Assembly: GCA_964230645.1 (NCBI GenBank)
Contig: CAXRHT010000003.1
Coordinates: 739,949-803,948, forward strand
DNA: 64,000 nucleotides
Direction of reading: 5' to 3'
Source of the DNA: Bdellovibrionales bacterium
GTDB lineage: Bacteria > Bdellovibrionota > Bdellovibrionia > Bdellovibrionales > JAGQZY01
The notes beneath the pieces are model-generated. The model was not told where the DNA came from and ran no database searches. It worked only from the letters and a program-made list of their open reading frames with translations. This document shows positions 1 to 10,348 of the stretch, one piece after another. A program made the translations under genes and the position numbers. Within the stretch, counting starts at the first letter, position 1. The number at the start of each line of letters is the position of its first letter.

Positions 1-2
1 TT

Positions 3-1460
3 CCAAAAGGGGAAAAATCTCTTGAGATCCGTCGTCGTCTGGGAACCATTTACTACGCTCACAACGAATTTGATAAAGCCATCGTGGTTCTAAGGCAAAT
101 CGTCAAAGAGCGTCCACGTTCAAAAGACGCCGTTATTGCTGCAGAGATTATATTAGATATCCATCGTCTGCGAAATGACTTGGATAAATACCAAGCTGAA
201 GGGAAAGAGTTCTTAAAGAATCCTACCATTGCTCGCTCCGCTTATGGAAAAGAGTTAAAAGTTAATCTGCAGAAAGCGAAATTCTTGGTAGCCGATAAGT
301 ATTCCAAGAGTGGAAACACTTTAAAAGCGGCAAAAGCCTTTGAGCAATTCGCCAAGGCGAATCCTAGATCTGAGCAAGCTCATTCAGCTCTTTTCAACGC
401 CGCCACGAACTATCAAAAGGCTGGAGCGATATTTGACGCCTTAAAAATGTATAAGCAAGTGATTGCAAAACCAGGGCAAGCCGCCAAAGATAGTTTAAAA
501 CAGGATGCGAGAAATAGCTTGGCCGATATGTACAAGAAGCTAGGGCAACTGAAAGAAGCCGCTATTTATTATGAATCCTATGGGCGAAACGCAAAAGGTG
601 AAAAAGCCATCAACGCACTCTTTAACGCTGCTGTTATTTGGGATGCCCTAAATGATTACAGTCGTGCTTTTAAGGTTTATAACCTGTACGCCAATTTGGA
701 CAAAACCAAAAACAAAGGCGAACAAGAGGCTTCCTGGGCGAAAGCTGAGATGTATCGTCGTCAGAAACTTTATTCCAAGGCGATTTATCAGTATGACCGG
801 TTCATCAAATCAAACTCTCCTGATCTAGAGAGAATGATCAAGGCTCATTTCTATATCGCTGATTTTTATTCAAAATTAAGAAAGATCAAGACAGCTATTG
901 ATTGGCACCAGAAGGTTATCCGAGTGGTTAACAACACCTCAAGAGGTATGAAGCTTGGAGCGCGTTACGGTGCGGAGTCTCAGTTTCGAATCTCAAGAGA
1001 ACTTCTCAGTGAGATGAAGCGTGTTCGATTAGGGCGCACAGATTCATCGATCACTCAGGGTCTCAACAAGATGAAGTCTATTCAGAAAAAACTCATTCAG
1101 GAGATGGCTAAAGTTATTAAATATGACTACGCCCCTTATGTGGTGGCGGCTCTTGCTGCCGAGGCTGAATCTTATGAGATTATTGGCGATACCTTCAAGA
1201 ATATTCCGATTCCAAAAGAGTACGCTAAGGGTAAAGTACGTGATCAATTTAAACAGATGGCTGATCAGCAAATGAAAGAATTCTACAACAAGGCCGTTTC
1301 TGCTTACAGGAATGCTTTTGATAAGGGTATCAGTTTGAAGGGTTACGGAGAGCCAATGTTAGAGAGTGCAAGAGCTCTCTATCGCCTCGATCCGAAGGGA
1401 TTCAATAACGCTGGTGAAATAAATGAAGTGGGCGAAATTATCGACATGATGGGATTGTGA
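3..1460 (+). CDS. gltD: TPR-repeat gliding motility protein GltD/AgmU-like (5' truncated by window edge)
   Basis: Frame is open from the window start. Serial TPR-like helices (ALFNAA, A.Y.Y..F). Lies directly upstream of gltE-gltF-gltG-aglRQS-like genes. Confidence 0.7.
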   Translation, partial: PKGEKSLEIRRRLGTIYYAHNEFDKAIVVLRQIVKERPRSKDAVIAAEIILDIHRLRNDLDKYQAEGKEFLKNPTIARSAYGKELKVNLQKAKFLVADKYSKSGNTLKAAKAFEQFAKANPRSEQAHSALFNAATNYQKAGAIFDALKMYKQVIAKPGQAAKDSLKQDARNSLADMYKKLGQLKEAAIYYESYGRNAKGEKAINALFNAAVIWDALNDYSRAFKVYNLYANLDKTKNKGEQEASWAKAEMYRRQKLYSKAIYQYDRFIKSNSPDLERMIKAHFYIADFYSKLRKIKTAIDWHQKVIRVVNNTSRGMKLGARYGAESQFRISRELLSEMKRVRLGRTDSSITQGLNKMKSIQKKLIQEMAKVIKYDYAPYVVAALAAEAESYEIIGDTFKNIPIPKEYAKGKVRDQFKQMADQQMKEFYNKAVSAYRNAFDKGISLKGYGEPMLESARALYRLDPKGFNNAGEINEVGEIIDMMGL

Positions 1461-1461
1461 T

Positions 1462-2301
1462 ATGAAAACTTTGTTAAAAAACAGTCTTTTAGTTCTCCTT
1501 GGTCTTGTCTTGATGGTTTCTTGTCAGACCGGAGATAAATCGGGGAGCTCTGATAAAGCCGCTGATGAAGAGATTAAGGTCAATCTAGATGAAGAGGAAA
1601 AAAGAGAGCTTAAGCGTAAGCAAGAAGCTCTTGGAGGGTCTCACAGTCAGCTTAGGAAGCTCTACAAAGCGAAACGTTATCGTGAGTTACTCAGTGAAGC
1701 GGCTAAAATTTTATCAAAAGACCCCTACGATCTAAGAGCTTTAACAATCTTAGGAATCTATCATATGGACCAACGTCAATTTGGTGCCGCTCGAATATTT
1801 TTCGAGAAAGCACTAGAGAAACACAAAGGGGAGGCTGGTCTTTATAACAATATTGGAGTCATTTTGCTTCGAGAGGATAAGTTAAACTCGGCATTAAAAA
1901 CCTTTCAAGAAGCTTATGACATTGAACGTTCTAATCCTATGGTCCAAGCCAACCTTGGAAGTATTTACGTAAAGTATATGGACTATATTGAGGCCGAGCC
2001 TTTGGTCGAAGATTCCTACTCAAGAATGACAGATAACAATATTGTGGCGAACAATTACGCTATTATATTACGAACACAAGGTCGCTACGAGGATGCTAAA
2101 AAGGTTTATGAAAAAGCTTTGGCACGTGACTCGCGTAACATCCCGACCAATTTAAATTATGCTATCTTGTTGATTGAATATATGAAAAACTATGAGAAAG
2201 CTCGTCAGGTCGTTAATAAAATTGAGTTTTTAAATCCGACTGACAAGTATGTGCAGAGAAAAATAAAAGAATTGCAACGGAAGGTAGCGGCAGCAAAATG
2301 A
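1462..2301 (+). CDS. gltE: TPR lipoprotein GltE/AglT-like
   Basis: Lipobox LMVSC, multiple TPRs (LYNNIGVI, ANLGSIY, NNYAIIL), synteny. Confidence 0.7.
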   Translation: MKTLLKNSLLVLLGLVLMVSCQTGDKSGSSDKAADEEIKVNLDEEEKRELKRKQEALGGSHSQLRKLYKAKRYRELLSEAAKILSKDPYDLRALTILGIYHMDQRQFGAARIFFEKALEKHKGEAGLYNNIGVILLREDKLNSALKTFQEAYDIERSNPMVQANLGSIYVKYMDYIEAEPLVEDSYSRMTDNNIVANNYAIILRTQGRYEDAKKVYEKALARDSRNIPTNLNYAILLIEYMKNYEKARQVVNKIEFLNPTDKYVQRKIKELQRKVAAAK

Positions 2302-2591
2302 TGACTTTAGTGAAAGTATTTATTTCGTCTCTTGCTATAGTGATGGTTTCACTGAGTGCCTTCGCTCAAAAATCAAGTGGTAAGGCGAAAAGAACAACAA
2401 TTAATTTCGAAGACCAATTAATTAAAGGTCAGAATCAAAAACCCGATTTGCTTTATCTTCTGCAAAAGAAGCAATTTAACTACAAGCGACTTATTCGCCT
2501 TCGTGAAGATTTTTTACCTGAGATGAGAGAGACAGCCACCGACATAGAAGAAGGTAGCCGACTCAGACTCAAGCAACCAGACAAGGAGTAA
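2298..2591 (+). CDS. gltF: Small secreted GltF-like protein
   Basis: Signal peptide; TTINFEDQLIKG..KPD and LIRLREDFLPEM resemble GltF; sits between gltE and gltG. Confidence 0.65.
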   Translation: MMTLVKVFISSLAIVMVSLSAFAQKSSGKAKRTTINFEDQLIKGQNQKPDLLYLLQKKQFNYKRLIRLREDFLPEMRETATDIEEGSRLRLKQPDKE

Positions 2592-2594
2592 GTT

Positions 2595-4718
2595 TTGGCT
2601 CAGATGGTGGTTCTTAAAATATACAAAGCGGGTCAACTGGTTGATGAGAAAAAACTCAATCAGGATCATATTGTTCTGGGTTCTTCAGACAGTGATGCCC
2701 ATGTGACCTTATCTGGTGATGCGTCACCCGTTCATGCTTCCATTGAAAATCGCGGTGGTAAATACGTCGTCTGCGATTTGGGTTCTGAAAAAGGAACTTT
2801 CAAAAATTCTGATAAAATCCTTGAAGCGGAAGTGAAGCCTGGCGACAAAATCGTCATTGGCGAATTTAGTATCGAGTTTTACTTAGAAGAGTCCGTTGAA
2901 GAGGTTACAACAGCCACTTCAATCGTTGATACACCTTCAGATGACGGGTCTAAAGTTGATGAGCATGGTTCTATTGATATGATCGATGACTCTCAGACTG
3001 CGGAAATTCAGCTTGAAACTGACAGTGAAGTCAGTTCGACCACCTCAAGCGTTCAGCAGGAACAGTCCGCTCCTACACCATCGCCAAGTTCAGTCGCTGG
3101 TGTTACTGCCGCTGGGGCCGGAGCAAGTGCCGGGACCACAAATGTAGATTTTGGCAAAAAGACTTATGCGCCTAATAGTCCCTATAAAAACATCAATGAG
3201 TTTATTAAACCCACTAAGGGTACAACGGTTGAAGTTCTTGTTGCTTGGAGAGAGCGAGTCATCTCCTCTCATCATTTCACTGAAAATGGTCCGGTAACAG
3301 TGGGAACCCATCCTTCTTGTGATGTGATAGTTCCTCTAATTTCTTCCAACGTGAACAAAGCACCTCTGATTAATATCAACAACCAAGTTCAGATAATGCT
3401 TTATCCAGGAATGGAGGGGGTATTAGTCAACGATCAGCAACAAGCGACGCCTTTTAATCAGCTAGCTAATATCGGTCGTGGTTCTGGGCAGTCGGTTGTT
3501 TTACAACAAGGTGAATTGGCGAGAATCCAATTGGGCGGTGAAGTAGAAATCGTTGTTCGATATGCTTCTCAAGCTCCAAAACCAGTGGTTATTCCTTTCT
3601 TAGATCTTTCAAGTAATGGATTCTTAGCGATTCTTCTAGCAATAGTGCTTTCAGGAATACTTTCGCTGTGGGTCGCTCTTAATAAAATGGATCAGTTGGA
3701 TTTACCCGATGAAGAAGAGTTTAGAACAGCTCTTATCATCACCAATCCACCCAAACCACCACCGCAGAAGAAAATAAAGCTTCCTCCACCGCCGAAGAAG
3801 CAACCGCCCAAGCCAAAAAAGAAAAAAAGAATCAAGCTTGAAAAAGTGACTAAGAAAAAGCCTAAAAAGGTGAAAGCGGATTTAAGCAAAAAGGTTAAGA
3901 AAAGAAAAGTTGTCCAAAAAAAGAAAAAGGCCGGAGCCAATGCTCGCGCCAAAGGAAGTGGCAGAGACGCATCACCTCGAGCGATGAGACCGAAAGAGGG
4001 TAAGAAAACCAACCAGGTCACGTCTGTTAAAAAGGGTGGATCAGTCAAAACGGCTAAAAAGCAAGGAGCTCAAGCCAACTCTGAGCGTAAGCTTAAAAAG
4101 TCGGGAATCTTCTCTGCTTTTGGAAGCGGTGGACGAAATGATCGAATCGATAAATCTTACTCCGGAAGTGGTGAGCTTGCAGGTCTTGCTGATCAAGCCT
4201 CAGGTTCCGCCGGATTTAGTGAGGACCGCCCTGGTGAGGGCTTAGGCTCAAAATTTAAAGACACTGGTGCTGGTGGACAAGGAAAATCCAACGTTGGAGT
4301 TTCTGGTCTTAGCAAAGGTGGAAAAGGTCTGGGCGCAGGGGGCTTTGGTTCCTCAGGACTCGGTGACCGTAAGGCTGTCACAATTATTCCCGGTGGATCC
4401 GGAGAAGAGTTCAGCGGTCAAATTGATAGAGAAGGTATTAGAAAAGTTTTCTATGATAACCAAAGAGCCATTCGTTCTTGTTATGAAAGAGAGCTTAATA
4501 GAAACCCCAACCTTTCAGGTATCTTAAAACTTAATTTTGATATCGGAGAGCTTGGACGAGTGGTTGGCCGCCCCTCAATTAATTGGTCGGATTCTTCAAT
4601 GAAGAGTCGCACGGTGGCTGAGTGTATTTTAAATAGGTTAAGAACTTGGAGGTTTCCAGAACCTCCTCGCAATCAAGTTGTAAACGTAATTTATCCTCTA
4701 GCTTTTGCAGCTAAGTGA
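2595..4718 (+). CDS. gltG: GltG/PglI-like protein: FHA domain, TM helix, Pro/Lys/Gly-rich linker, TonB-like (AgmX/PglI) C-terminal domain
   Basis: FHA motif (SPVHASI..DLGSEKGT), one TM, C-terminal IRSCYERELNRNPNLSG...CILNRLRTWRFPEP...YPLAF. TTG start behind AGGAG. Confidence 0.8.
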   Translation: MAQMVVLKIYKAGQLVDEKKLNQDHIVLGSSDSDAHVTLSGDASPVHASIENRGGKYVVCDLGSEKGTFKNSDKILEAEVKPGDKIVIGEFSIEFYLEESVEEVTTATSIVDTPSDDGSKVDEHGSIDMIDDSQTAEIQLETDSEVSSTTSSVQQEQSAPTPSPSSVAGVTAAGAGASAGTTNVDFGKKTYAPNSPYKNINEFIKPTKGTTVEVLVAWRERVISSHHFTENGPVTVGTHPSCDVIVPLISSNVNKAPLININNQVQIMLYPGMEGVLVNDQQQATPFNQLANIGRGSGQSVVLQQGELARIQLGGEVEIVVRYASQAPKPVVIPFLDLSSNGFLAILLAIVLSGILSLWVALNKMDQLDLPDEEEFRTALIITNPPKPPPQKKIKLPPPPKKQPPKPKKKKRIKLEKVTKKKPKKVKADLSKKVKKRKVVQKKKKAGANARAKGSGRDASPRAMRPKEGKKTNQVTSVKKGGSVKTAKKQGAQANSERKLKKSGIFSAFGSGGRNDRIDKSYSGSGELAGLADQASGSAGFSEDRPGEGLGSKFKDTGAGGQGKSNVGVSGLSKGGKGLGAGGFGSSGLGDRKAVTIIPGGSGEEFSGQIDREGIRKVFYDNQRAIRSCYERELNRNPNLSGILKLNFDIGELGRVVGRPSINWSDSSMKSRTVAECILNRLRTWRFPEPPRNQVVNVIYPLAFAAK

Positions 4719-4737
4719 TAATCATGGGAGGTTAAAG

Positions 4738-5424
4738 GTGGAAGAAACCGAAACAATGACAGAAGTCATGGCAAATGAAGAGACGCAAAACTTTGTTTTG
4801 CGCGCGTTCGAAGAGGGCGGAACAGCGATGTATTTTATCGCTGTGGTTGGAATACTAACCCTCGTCGTAATTGTAAAACAAATCATGGCCCTGAAGGATG
4901 CCAGTATCGATAAAAAAGATTTCAATGAAAATCTTTTCGGTATGATTCTTCGAGGAGATATTCAGCAGGCAATTGCCTACTGTGATAGCAAGCCATCGCC
5001 ATTAACAAATGTTTTAAAGGCTGGTCTTGTACAAGTGATGAATAAAAGACCGGATGAGGAAATTCAGGTCGCAATGGATGCCGCTGTCTTAAGGGACACT
5101 CCAAAAGTGGAGGGCTGGGTTTCATTTCTTGCGGTGTTTGGTAACCTTTCAACTCTTATTGGTCTAGTTGGAACGATTATCGGAATGATCACTGCCTTTA
5201 GAGGGGTGTCTTCAGCCGATGATGCCAAGAAAGCAGAGCTTCTTTCGGAAGGTATTTCGGAAGCCCTAAACTGTACGGCTTTTGGACTGATCGTAGCCGT
5301 TTTAGCGATCGCTGCCTTTGGTATTTTCCAACATAGAATCAGTCTTATTCTCAATGAGATGACTGAGAGTAGCATGAGTTTAATTAACCTTGTTGCTTCT
5401 AATAGAGATAAAATTAAATCTTAA
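4738..5424 (+). CDS. aglR: MotA/TolQ/ExbB proton-channel subunit AglR
   Basis: TLIGLVGTIIGMI.AF and GISEALNCTAFGL motifs. Start moved to GTG 4738 behind GGGAGG. Confidence 0.85.
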   Translation: MEETETMTEVMANEETQNFVLRAFEEGGTAMYFIAVVGILTLVVIVKQIMALKDASIDKKDFNENLFGMILRGDIQQAIAYCDSKPSPLTNVLKAGLVQVMNKRPDEEIQVAMDAAVLRDTPKVEGWVSFLAVFGNLSTLIGLVGTIIGMITAFRGVSSADDAKKAELLSEGISEALNCTAFGLIVAVLAIAAFGIFQHRISLILNEMTESSMSLINLVASNRDKIKS

Positions 5425-5445
5425 GGTAATAGGTAGGACACGCGT

Positions 5446-5937
5446 ATGGCACAGGTAAGTGATGGTGGTGGAAATAAAAGAGCAGCCAGTTTCGATTTGA
5501 ATTTGGTGCCCTTTATTGACTTGATGAGTGTGATGATCACATTTCTACTCATCACGGCTGTGTGGACGCAAGTTTCGATGATTAAGCTCGGTAGTTCCAT
5601 CTACGGAAAACAAAACACGGAAGAAACACCTCCGCCTCCTCCCAATGCGGATGTACCGTTAAGGTTGGACGTTAAAGAAACGGGCTACCGACTCGTCGTG
5701 GGAAATCCTCTAAAAGGAACCACAGAGAATACAATGATTAATAAAGTCAATGGTGAGTACGATAAAGAAGAGCTCAAGAAGAAACTAGAAGCTGTGAAGC
5801 AGGCCTATCCCGATAAAGTGGACGCCGTCATCACAGTGGAAGAGCAATTGAAATACGATTTTCTCATCCAAGGAATGGACGTTCTGTTGCAGTCGGGCTT
5901 TCCCGCCGTTTCAGTGGCGACCGGAGGAGCTGAGTAA
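5446..5937 (+). CDS. aglQ: ExbD/TolR-family subunit AglQ
   Basis: LNLVPFIDLMSVMITFLLITAVW TM segment with the conserved Asp. Confidence 0.8.
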   Translation: MAQVSDGGGNKRAASFDLNLVPFIDLMSVMITFLLITAVWTQVSMIKLGSSIYGKQNTEETPPPPPNADVPLRLDVKETGYRLVVGNPLKGTTENTMINKVNGEYDKEELKKKLEAVKQAYPDKVDAVITVEEQLKYDFLIQGMDVLLQSGFPAVSVATGGAE

Positions 5938-6536
5938 TGGCCATATATGCGCCTGGAAAACGAAGTCGTCGTGGTAAAATGAGCGGCGGTAAAAAAAGCC
6001 TAGTGGTTGTTTTATCACTAACGGCAATGGTGGATATGTTCACCGTTTTAGCGGTCTTTCTACTACAAAACTATCGTGTGGAAGAAATTCAGCTAAAAAA
6101 GTCGGTGCCTCTCCCTGAAGCAACCGCTGTTAAAAAGTTAAAACCAGCCCATGTGGTGGTTGTCACTCAAGATGAAATTTTCTTGGATGAAACCGCTGTT
6201 GCACAATTTGAAGAGGTCAAAGAACAAGAACATTGGCTGATCGAACCACTGCAAGAAGGCTTGCAAAAAGCCATTGAAGCTAAAAAGCTTGAAATGGAAA
6301 GTGGTCTTAAAAATGCTCTGAAGAATGCTATGGAGCAAGAGAAAGACCCCGAGGAAATGACGGAAGAAGAGCGTGAAGAGATGAGGGCCAAACGTTATGC
6401 ATGGGGACGAGTGACCATGCAGGCGGACAAAGAGGTCGATTTTCTGACCATCAAAAAAGTCATGTACACAATCACAGAGGCTGGAGCTTCGCTGATTAAC
6501 TTTGCCGTCACACCGAAGGAAAAATCCCAAGAATAA
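5937..6536 (+). CDS. aglS: ExbD/TolR-family subunit AglS
   Basis: MAI..PGKR N-terminus, LTAMVDMFTVL.VFLLQNY, QADK..F.TIKKVMYT. Confidence 0.8.
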   Translation: MAIYAPGKRSRRGKMSGGKKSLVVVLSLTAMVDMFTVLAVFLLQNYRVEEIQLKKSVPLPEATAVKKLKPAHVVVVTQDEIFLDETAVAQFEEVKEQEHWLIEPLQEGLQKAIEAKKLEMESGLKNALKNAMEQEKDPEEMTEEEREEMRAKRYAWGRVTMQADKEVDFLTIKKVMYTITEAGASLINFAVTPKEKSQE

Positions 6537-6562
6537 AAAAAGCCGGAAAATTCTTTCCGGCT
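6535..6562. terminator. Hairpin terminator between convergent aglS and lipoprotein genes
   Basis: AGCCGGAAA-attc-TTTCCGGCT, with an A-tract on the left that is a U-tail on the minus strand. Confidence 0.7.
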
Positions 6563-6596
6563 CTCAAAGATAATCTTCAATTTTTAAATCATAGAA

Positions 6597-7982
6597 TTAC
6601 TGATAATTGATGTTTGGGAAAAAGCTGTTGTACTCTTGTATTGTAGGGTTACCAGTATAATCATAGTCTCCACCAGCTGAGTTGAGAAGATCACCTATAT
6701 CAGAGGAGTCATTACAGCCGTCTCCAAAGCCTGTGTCATACGCGCAATCAACACCCTCCGTTCCAATTACATCGGGATTATATGTCATGCCTCCCGAGGT
6801 TTGATAAAGGAAAAAGTCAGCGAGTGTATTCCATTCGCGAATATAGAACTTAATTCTTTGCTTCACCTCGAGAGCAGAATCAGCACATGTGAAAGTCCAT
6901 GCACTATTATCATATCCCACACCAATGCCTGCACTACGAAGACGAGTTCCGCTCACATCTGTTACTGGGTCCATGAAAAAAGGGCGGTTTGAATTCAAAG
7001 AATTGTCATAAAAGTCTTCATGGTAGTGAGGACTCTGCATAGGAAGTTCGATCGTGTTGCCTTCGAAATAGTTGGCCCAAGTAGAAAAACCTACTTGAGT
7101 TGTTGACGCATTTGAGCTGAGGTTGATCGATTCATTCAAGCCCACTGGGTTGTTTGAGCCTGGATCTCTTGGAACGTGTTGTATACGGCCCACTGGAACA
7201 CCACTGGGAGAAAATGTTGCCCATCCATTAGCGATGTGTGGTGACATACAAGCCATGGGATCGTTACCCCAACTGGCATCTATGACCTCGGTGCTCACAG
7301 CCGAACCATCATCAGTATTTTTCGTTAAAACGTAATCACCCACACAACAATTGGGTAAACCTTGATCGGAGTGGTCGTAGACACAACGAGGTCCTTCCGT
7401 ATTTCCTACATCTTCGAGTTCAGGATGTAGGTTACAGGCCACTGGGGGGCCACCAATACCGTCATGATCGGCCTCACAGCTTGTGACCACGGGGTTATCA
7501 CCTGAGGCATCGATGTCTATTTCAATTGTCTGGGGGCCTCGCCCTGGTCCATAATTCCAGTTCCAAGCGGGTTGAGTGATCACGTACTGACAGAGCCCTG
7601 GAGGTGCATTGTATTGTAGTTCTAAGTTATGAACGTAAAGATCACCCTCCATAATATCCAGATAGCATTTCATGTCGATGAAATCAGTTTCATCACGATC
7701 GATGAAGCAATCCGAATCGAAACTCTCAGAGTTGTCCACGAAAAGGTCGATTTGTTCACTTTGCACGTTGACCCAAAATCCGGTTTCTTCGATTTCACCC
7801 ACCGGCGTGTCATCAACGGGATCATCATCAGTAGGAGGGTCTGTGCCTGGATCAGGATTTGGATTTCCTGGAAGGCTTGGCAATTCTCTTGAGTCTGAAA
7901 CTTCATCAGAGCAGCCCACCACGGAGAATAAGCATCCATAGCAGAATGTTAAAAGAAATATAATACGAATCTTTCTAGTCAT
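6597..7982 (-). CDS. Cys-rich acidic lipoprotein, hypothetical
   Basis: Long ORF. Start moved to ATG 7982 behind AAAGGA. Lipobox VVGC, Pro/Asp linker, many Cys. Confidence 0.75.
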   Translation of the reverse strand: MTRKIRIIFLLTFCYGCLFSVVGCSDEVSDSRELPSLPGNPNPDPGTDPPTDDDPVDDTPVGEIEETGFWVNVQSEQIDLFVDNSESFDSDCFIDRDETDFIDMKCYLDIMEGDLYVHNLELQYNAPPGLCQYVITQPAWNWNYGPGRGPQTIEIDIDASGDNPVVTSCEADHDGIGGPPVACNLHPELEDVGNTEGPRCVYDHSDQGLPNCCVGDYVLTKNTDDGSAVSTEVIDASWGNDPMACMSPHIANGWATFSPSGVPVGRIQHVPRDPGSNNPVGLNESINLSSNASTTQVGFSTWANYFEGNTIELPMQSPHYHEDFYDNSLNSNRPFFMDPVTDVSGTRLRSAGIGVGYDNSAWTFTCADSALEVKQRIKFYIREWNTLADFFLYQTSGGMTYNPDVIGTEGVDCAYDTGFGDGCNDSSDIGDLLNSAGGDYDYTGNPTIQEYNSFFPNINYQ

Positions 7983-8029
7983 GACATTTCCTTTGTAGTC
8001 AAAATTACTACTGGACATATTCAATACCT

Positions 8030-8057
8030 CTATCGGGTTTTTCGAAGGGGAAATTGA
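8030..8057 (-). promoter_or_regulatory. sigma28 (FliA)-like promoter
   Basis: Minus strand reads TCAA-N16-CCCGATAG, about 50 nt upstream of ATG 7982. Confidence 0.55.
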
Positions 8058-8162
8058 ATCAAAACAGAGGGCTCCGAAAAATCTAGACTATAGAAAATTA
8101 ATTGATCAAAAGATTTAACTAATAAGACAAAGGTGTCTCCAAATGAAACAGAATGGGAATGC

Positions 8163-9239
8163 TTACTTTGGACAATTGTGGGGCAAGTTGGAAATACTAT
8201 TTTTACGAGCATAGGCTTTGTAGTGTTTGCATAGATGCCCGAATAAGTTGGTCTTCGAGCTTGCAAACTCGAGTTGACTAGCAATTCCGCGGTAACGGTC
8301 CATACGCTCCTGCAAGAGACCTTTAACATCAGGCCCCGCATTTGTAACATTTTTTCCAGAAGATCCATTTCTTCTCTGTCTATTATGAAGAGTCTTTCCT
8401 AATTGTTTGTTACCGCTGGAGCTTCCATTAAGACCGAAATATTTTCCTCCAAGAAGTTTTGAAGCTAGATTTTTGAGGCGATTTATAAAGCTATTGCCAT
8501 TTTTTTTTTGCGTTTGAGTATTAGCATTAGAAGAGGCCTTGCCACTTTCGAACTGCCCAAAAGAAGCGGCTGGTAAAGAGGGGCCACCTTGCTGCGATAT
8601 AGGGGAAGAGGTTTTATTATTTTCTTTATTTAAATCAACAGCTGTTTTGGTTGCCGCAGAAATCGATGGTGAGAGAGCTCGTTTTTCATTATTCGGAGGG
8701 GGTGTAACCCCAGGGGGCTCGTCCTCAGGTGTGTAGATAAAACCATTGACTACGCGACCTTGGGAGCCGCTCGAGGAGGTTCCATTTCCGAAAGAGCCTG
8801 TTGAACTCATCGCACTGGATACACCGCCCGAAGTTCCTGCCGCAGGATTCGCACCTTGGGAAAAGGCTCCATTGTTATTAATTGAAGGAGACCCAGGCTG
8901 AGAGGTTGACGGATCGGCTCCGGCTTCAGTGGGAGAAATTTCGCTTCCATCGGTGAGTAGATCCTCTGCACGTGGGCGTCCAATAACTCGTCTAGTATCG
9001 GGCTGTCCTCTTCGGCGGTCAATAATACGAATTTGTGGCCGATAGTCAGGCATAGCAGTCGGTGTGGAGCCAAGGTCAATACCCACATTAGAGCGCAAGT
9101 TACTTTTATGGTTTGATTGCTCTCCGCCTCGGCAGTTAGGAGGATTATATATGGCATCGCAGACTTGCGAGCTGGACACATCCACCACAATTTCTTCGGC
9201 CAGAATAAATCCTGAAAGGAGAAGACTAACTAAAAACAA
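8163..9239 (-). CDS. Secreted low-complexity (Ser/Gly/Asn) hypothetical protein
   Basis: 358-aa ORF, GAGGAG RBS, signal peptide, terminal Cys pairs. Confidence 0.7.
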   Translation of the reverse strand: MFLVSLLLSGFILAEEIVVDVSSSQVCDAIYNPPNCRGGEQSNHKSNLRSNVGIDLGSTPTAMPDYRPQIRIIDRRRGQPDTRRVIGRPRAEDLLTDGSEISPTEAGADPSTSQPGSPSINNNGAFSQGANPAAGTSGGVSSAMSSTGSFGNGTSSSGSQGRVVNGFIYTPEDEPPGVTPPPNNEKRALSPSISAATKTAVDLNKENNKTSSPISQQGGPSLPAASFGQFESGKASSNANTQTQKKNGNSFINRLKNLASKLLGGKYFGLNGSSSGNKQLGKTLHNRQRRNGSSGKNVTNAGPDVKGLLQERMDRYRGIASQLEFASSKTNLFGHLCKHYKAYARKNSISNLPHNCPK

Positions 9240-9241
9240 CT

Positions 9242-10117
9242 TCAGTTCTCCTCATTTTCGGAAGCTGGTTGGCGTGCCAGCTCTCTTTCGGCCATTTGAT
9301 TAACAAAGTCAGCCAATCTTGAGACTTCTTCGGCTAAAGCGTTTTCTTTTTCACGGTTTTTAATATGCGTAACCGCTAAACTTTGCATCATAGTTGGAGC
9401 TGTTCCAGGAAGGTTTAAGTCATCGGTTAAAGCACGAATCTGTTTTCTTACTCCACTGGGCGTACAGGTCTTCGCAAAAAGATCCATCAAACCTTGATCG
9501 GTGAAAATTTGATCAAATGTATTTTGGCAGGCGTCGCTGGTCGATTTTTTGATTAAGTCTACACATTGTTGGTTGGCTTCTCGTACCTCTTCTCGGTAAC
9601 GGTTTAGTAATTCAATTCTATCTTTGGCAAACCTTATTGCACCTTCCGGGTTTTCCCTGCTAATGTCTTCAGCAAGTTGTTGTCTTGCCATTCGGAGGCG
9701 TTCATCAACGATTGATTGGGCACCGCTACATGCACTGCCGACACCGTCTACATAGCAATTTCCGTTAATTTTATCATTTATTTGTACTCGAATGGCTTCA
9801 TTCAAACAATCATCGCTTCTTAGCTGTCTACGCTCTAGGGCATGAACGTATTCTTCTGGAACGGGAATAATGTCTGATTGGTTTCCACCTTGTGCAAGCT
9901 GACGGCGATTAAAGGCCGCTGTTTGTTGGCCGGCATGTATGAGTCGGTTATCTCTTTCAATTTGTTGGTTCACCAAATTGACCAGGTGATTTTCATGCTG
10001 CATTAAAGCGATACCGTTGAAAGCGGGTGACTCACAAATTTCAGAGGAACGGTCCTCCGCAATGAGTGAAGAGCCTACAACTAAAATTATTAAATTTATA
10101 AATAGCATTCTATTCAT
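9242..10117 (-). CDS. Secreted helical hypothetical protein
   Basis: 291-aa ORF, GGGGA RBS, signal peptide; 2 nt from the next gene. Confidence 0.75.
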   Translation of the reverse strand: MNRMLFINLIILVVGSSLIAEDRSSEICESPAFNGIALMQHENHLVNLVNQQIERDNRLIHAGQQTAAFNRRQLAQGGNQSDIIPVPEEYVHALERRQLRSDDCLNEAIRVQINDKINGNCYVDGVGSACSGAQSIVDERLRMARQQLAEDISRENPEGAIRFAKDRIELLNRYREEVREANQQCVDLIKKSTSDACQNTFDQIFTDQGLMDLFAKTCTPSGVRKQIRALTDDLNLPGTAPTMMQSLAVTHIKNREKENALAEEVSRLADFVNQMAERELARQPASENEEN

Positions 10118-10142
10118 AAATCCCCCGATTTATTTTTCTATT

Positions 10143-10169
10143 ATATCGGGAAAATGGCTTCTATACTGA
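10143..10169 (-). promoter_or_regulatory. sigma28-like promoter
   Basis: Minus strand reads TCAG-N15-CCCGATAT, 25 nt upstream of ATG 10117. Confidence 0.5.
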
Positions 10170-10348
10170 AAAACTAGATATTGTGTTTCAAAATGAAATA
10201 AACCAATTGTATTGAAAATCTCAAGGTGACAAATTACGTTTTAAGTCTGTCTATGGTTTAGACAACAAACTAATTTAATTTCTTTAACAGGGTGTGTTTC
10301 ACACTGAGAAAGCCTATAAACTATTAAAACTAAGGCGAAAAAACGAAG

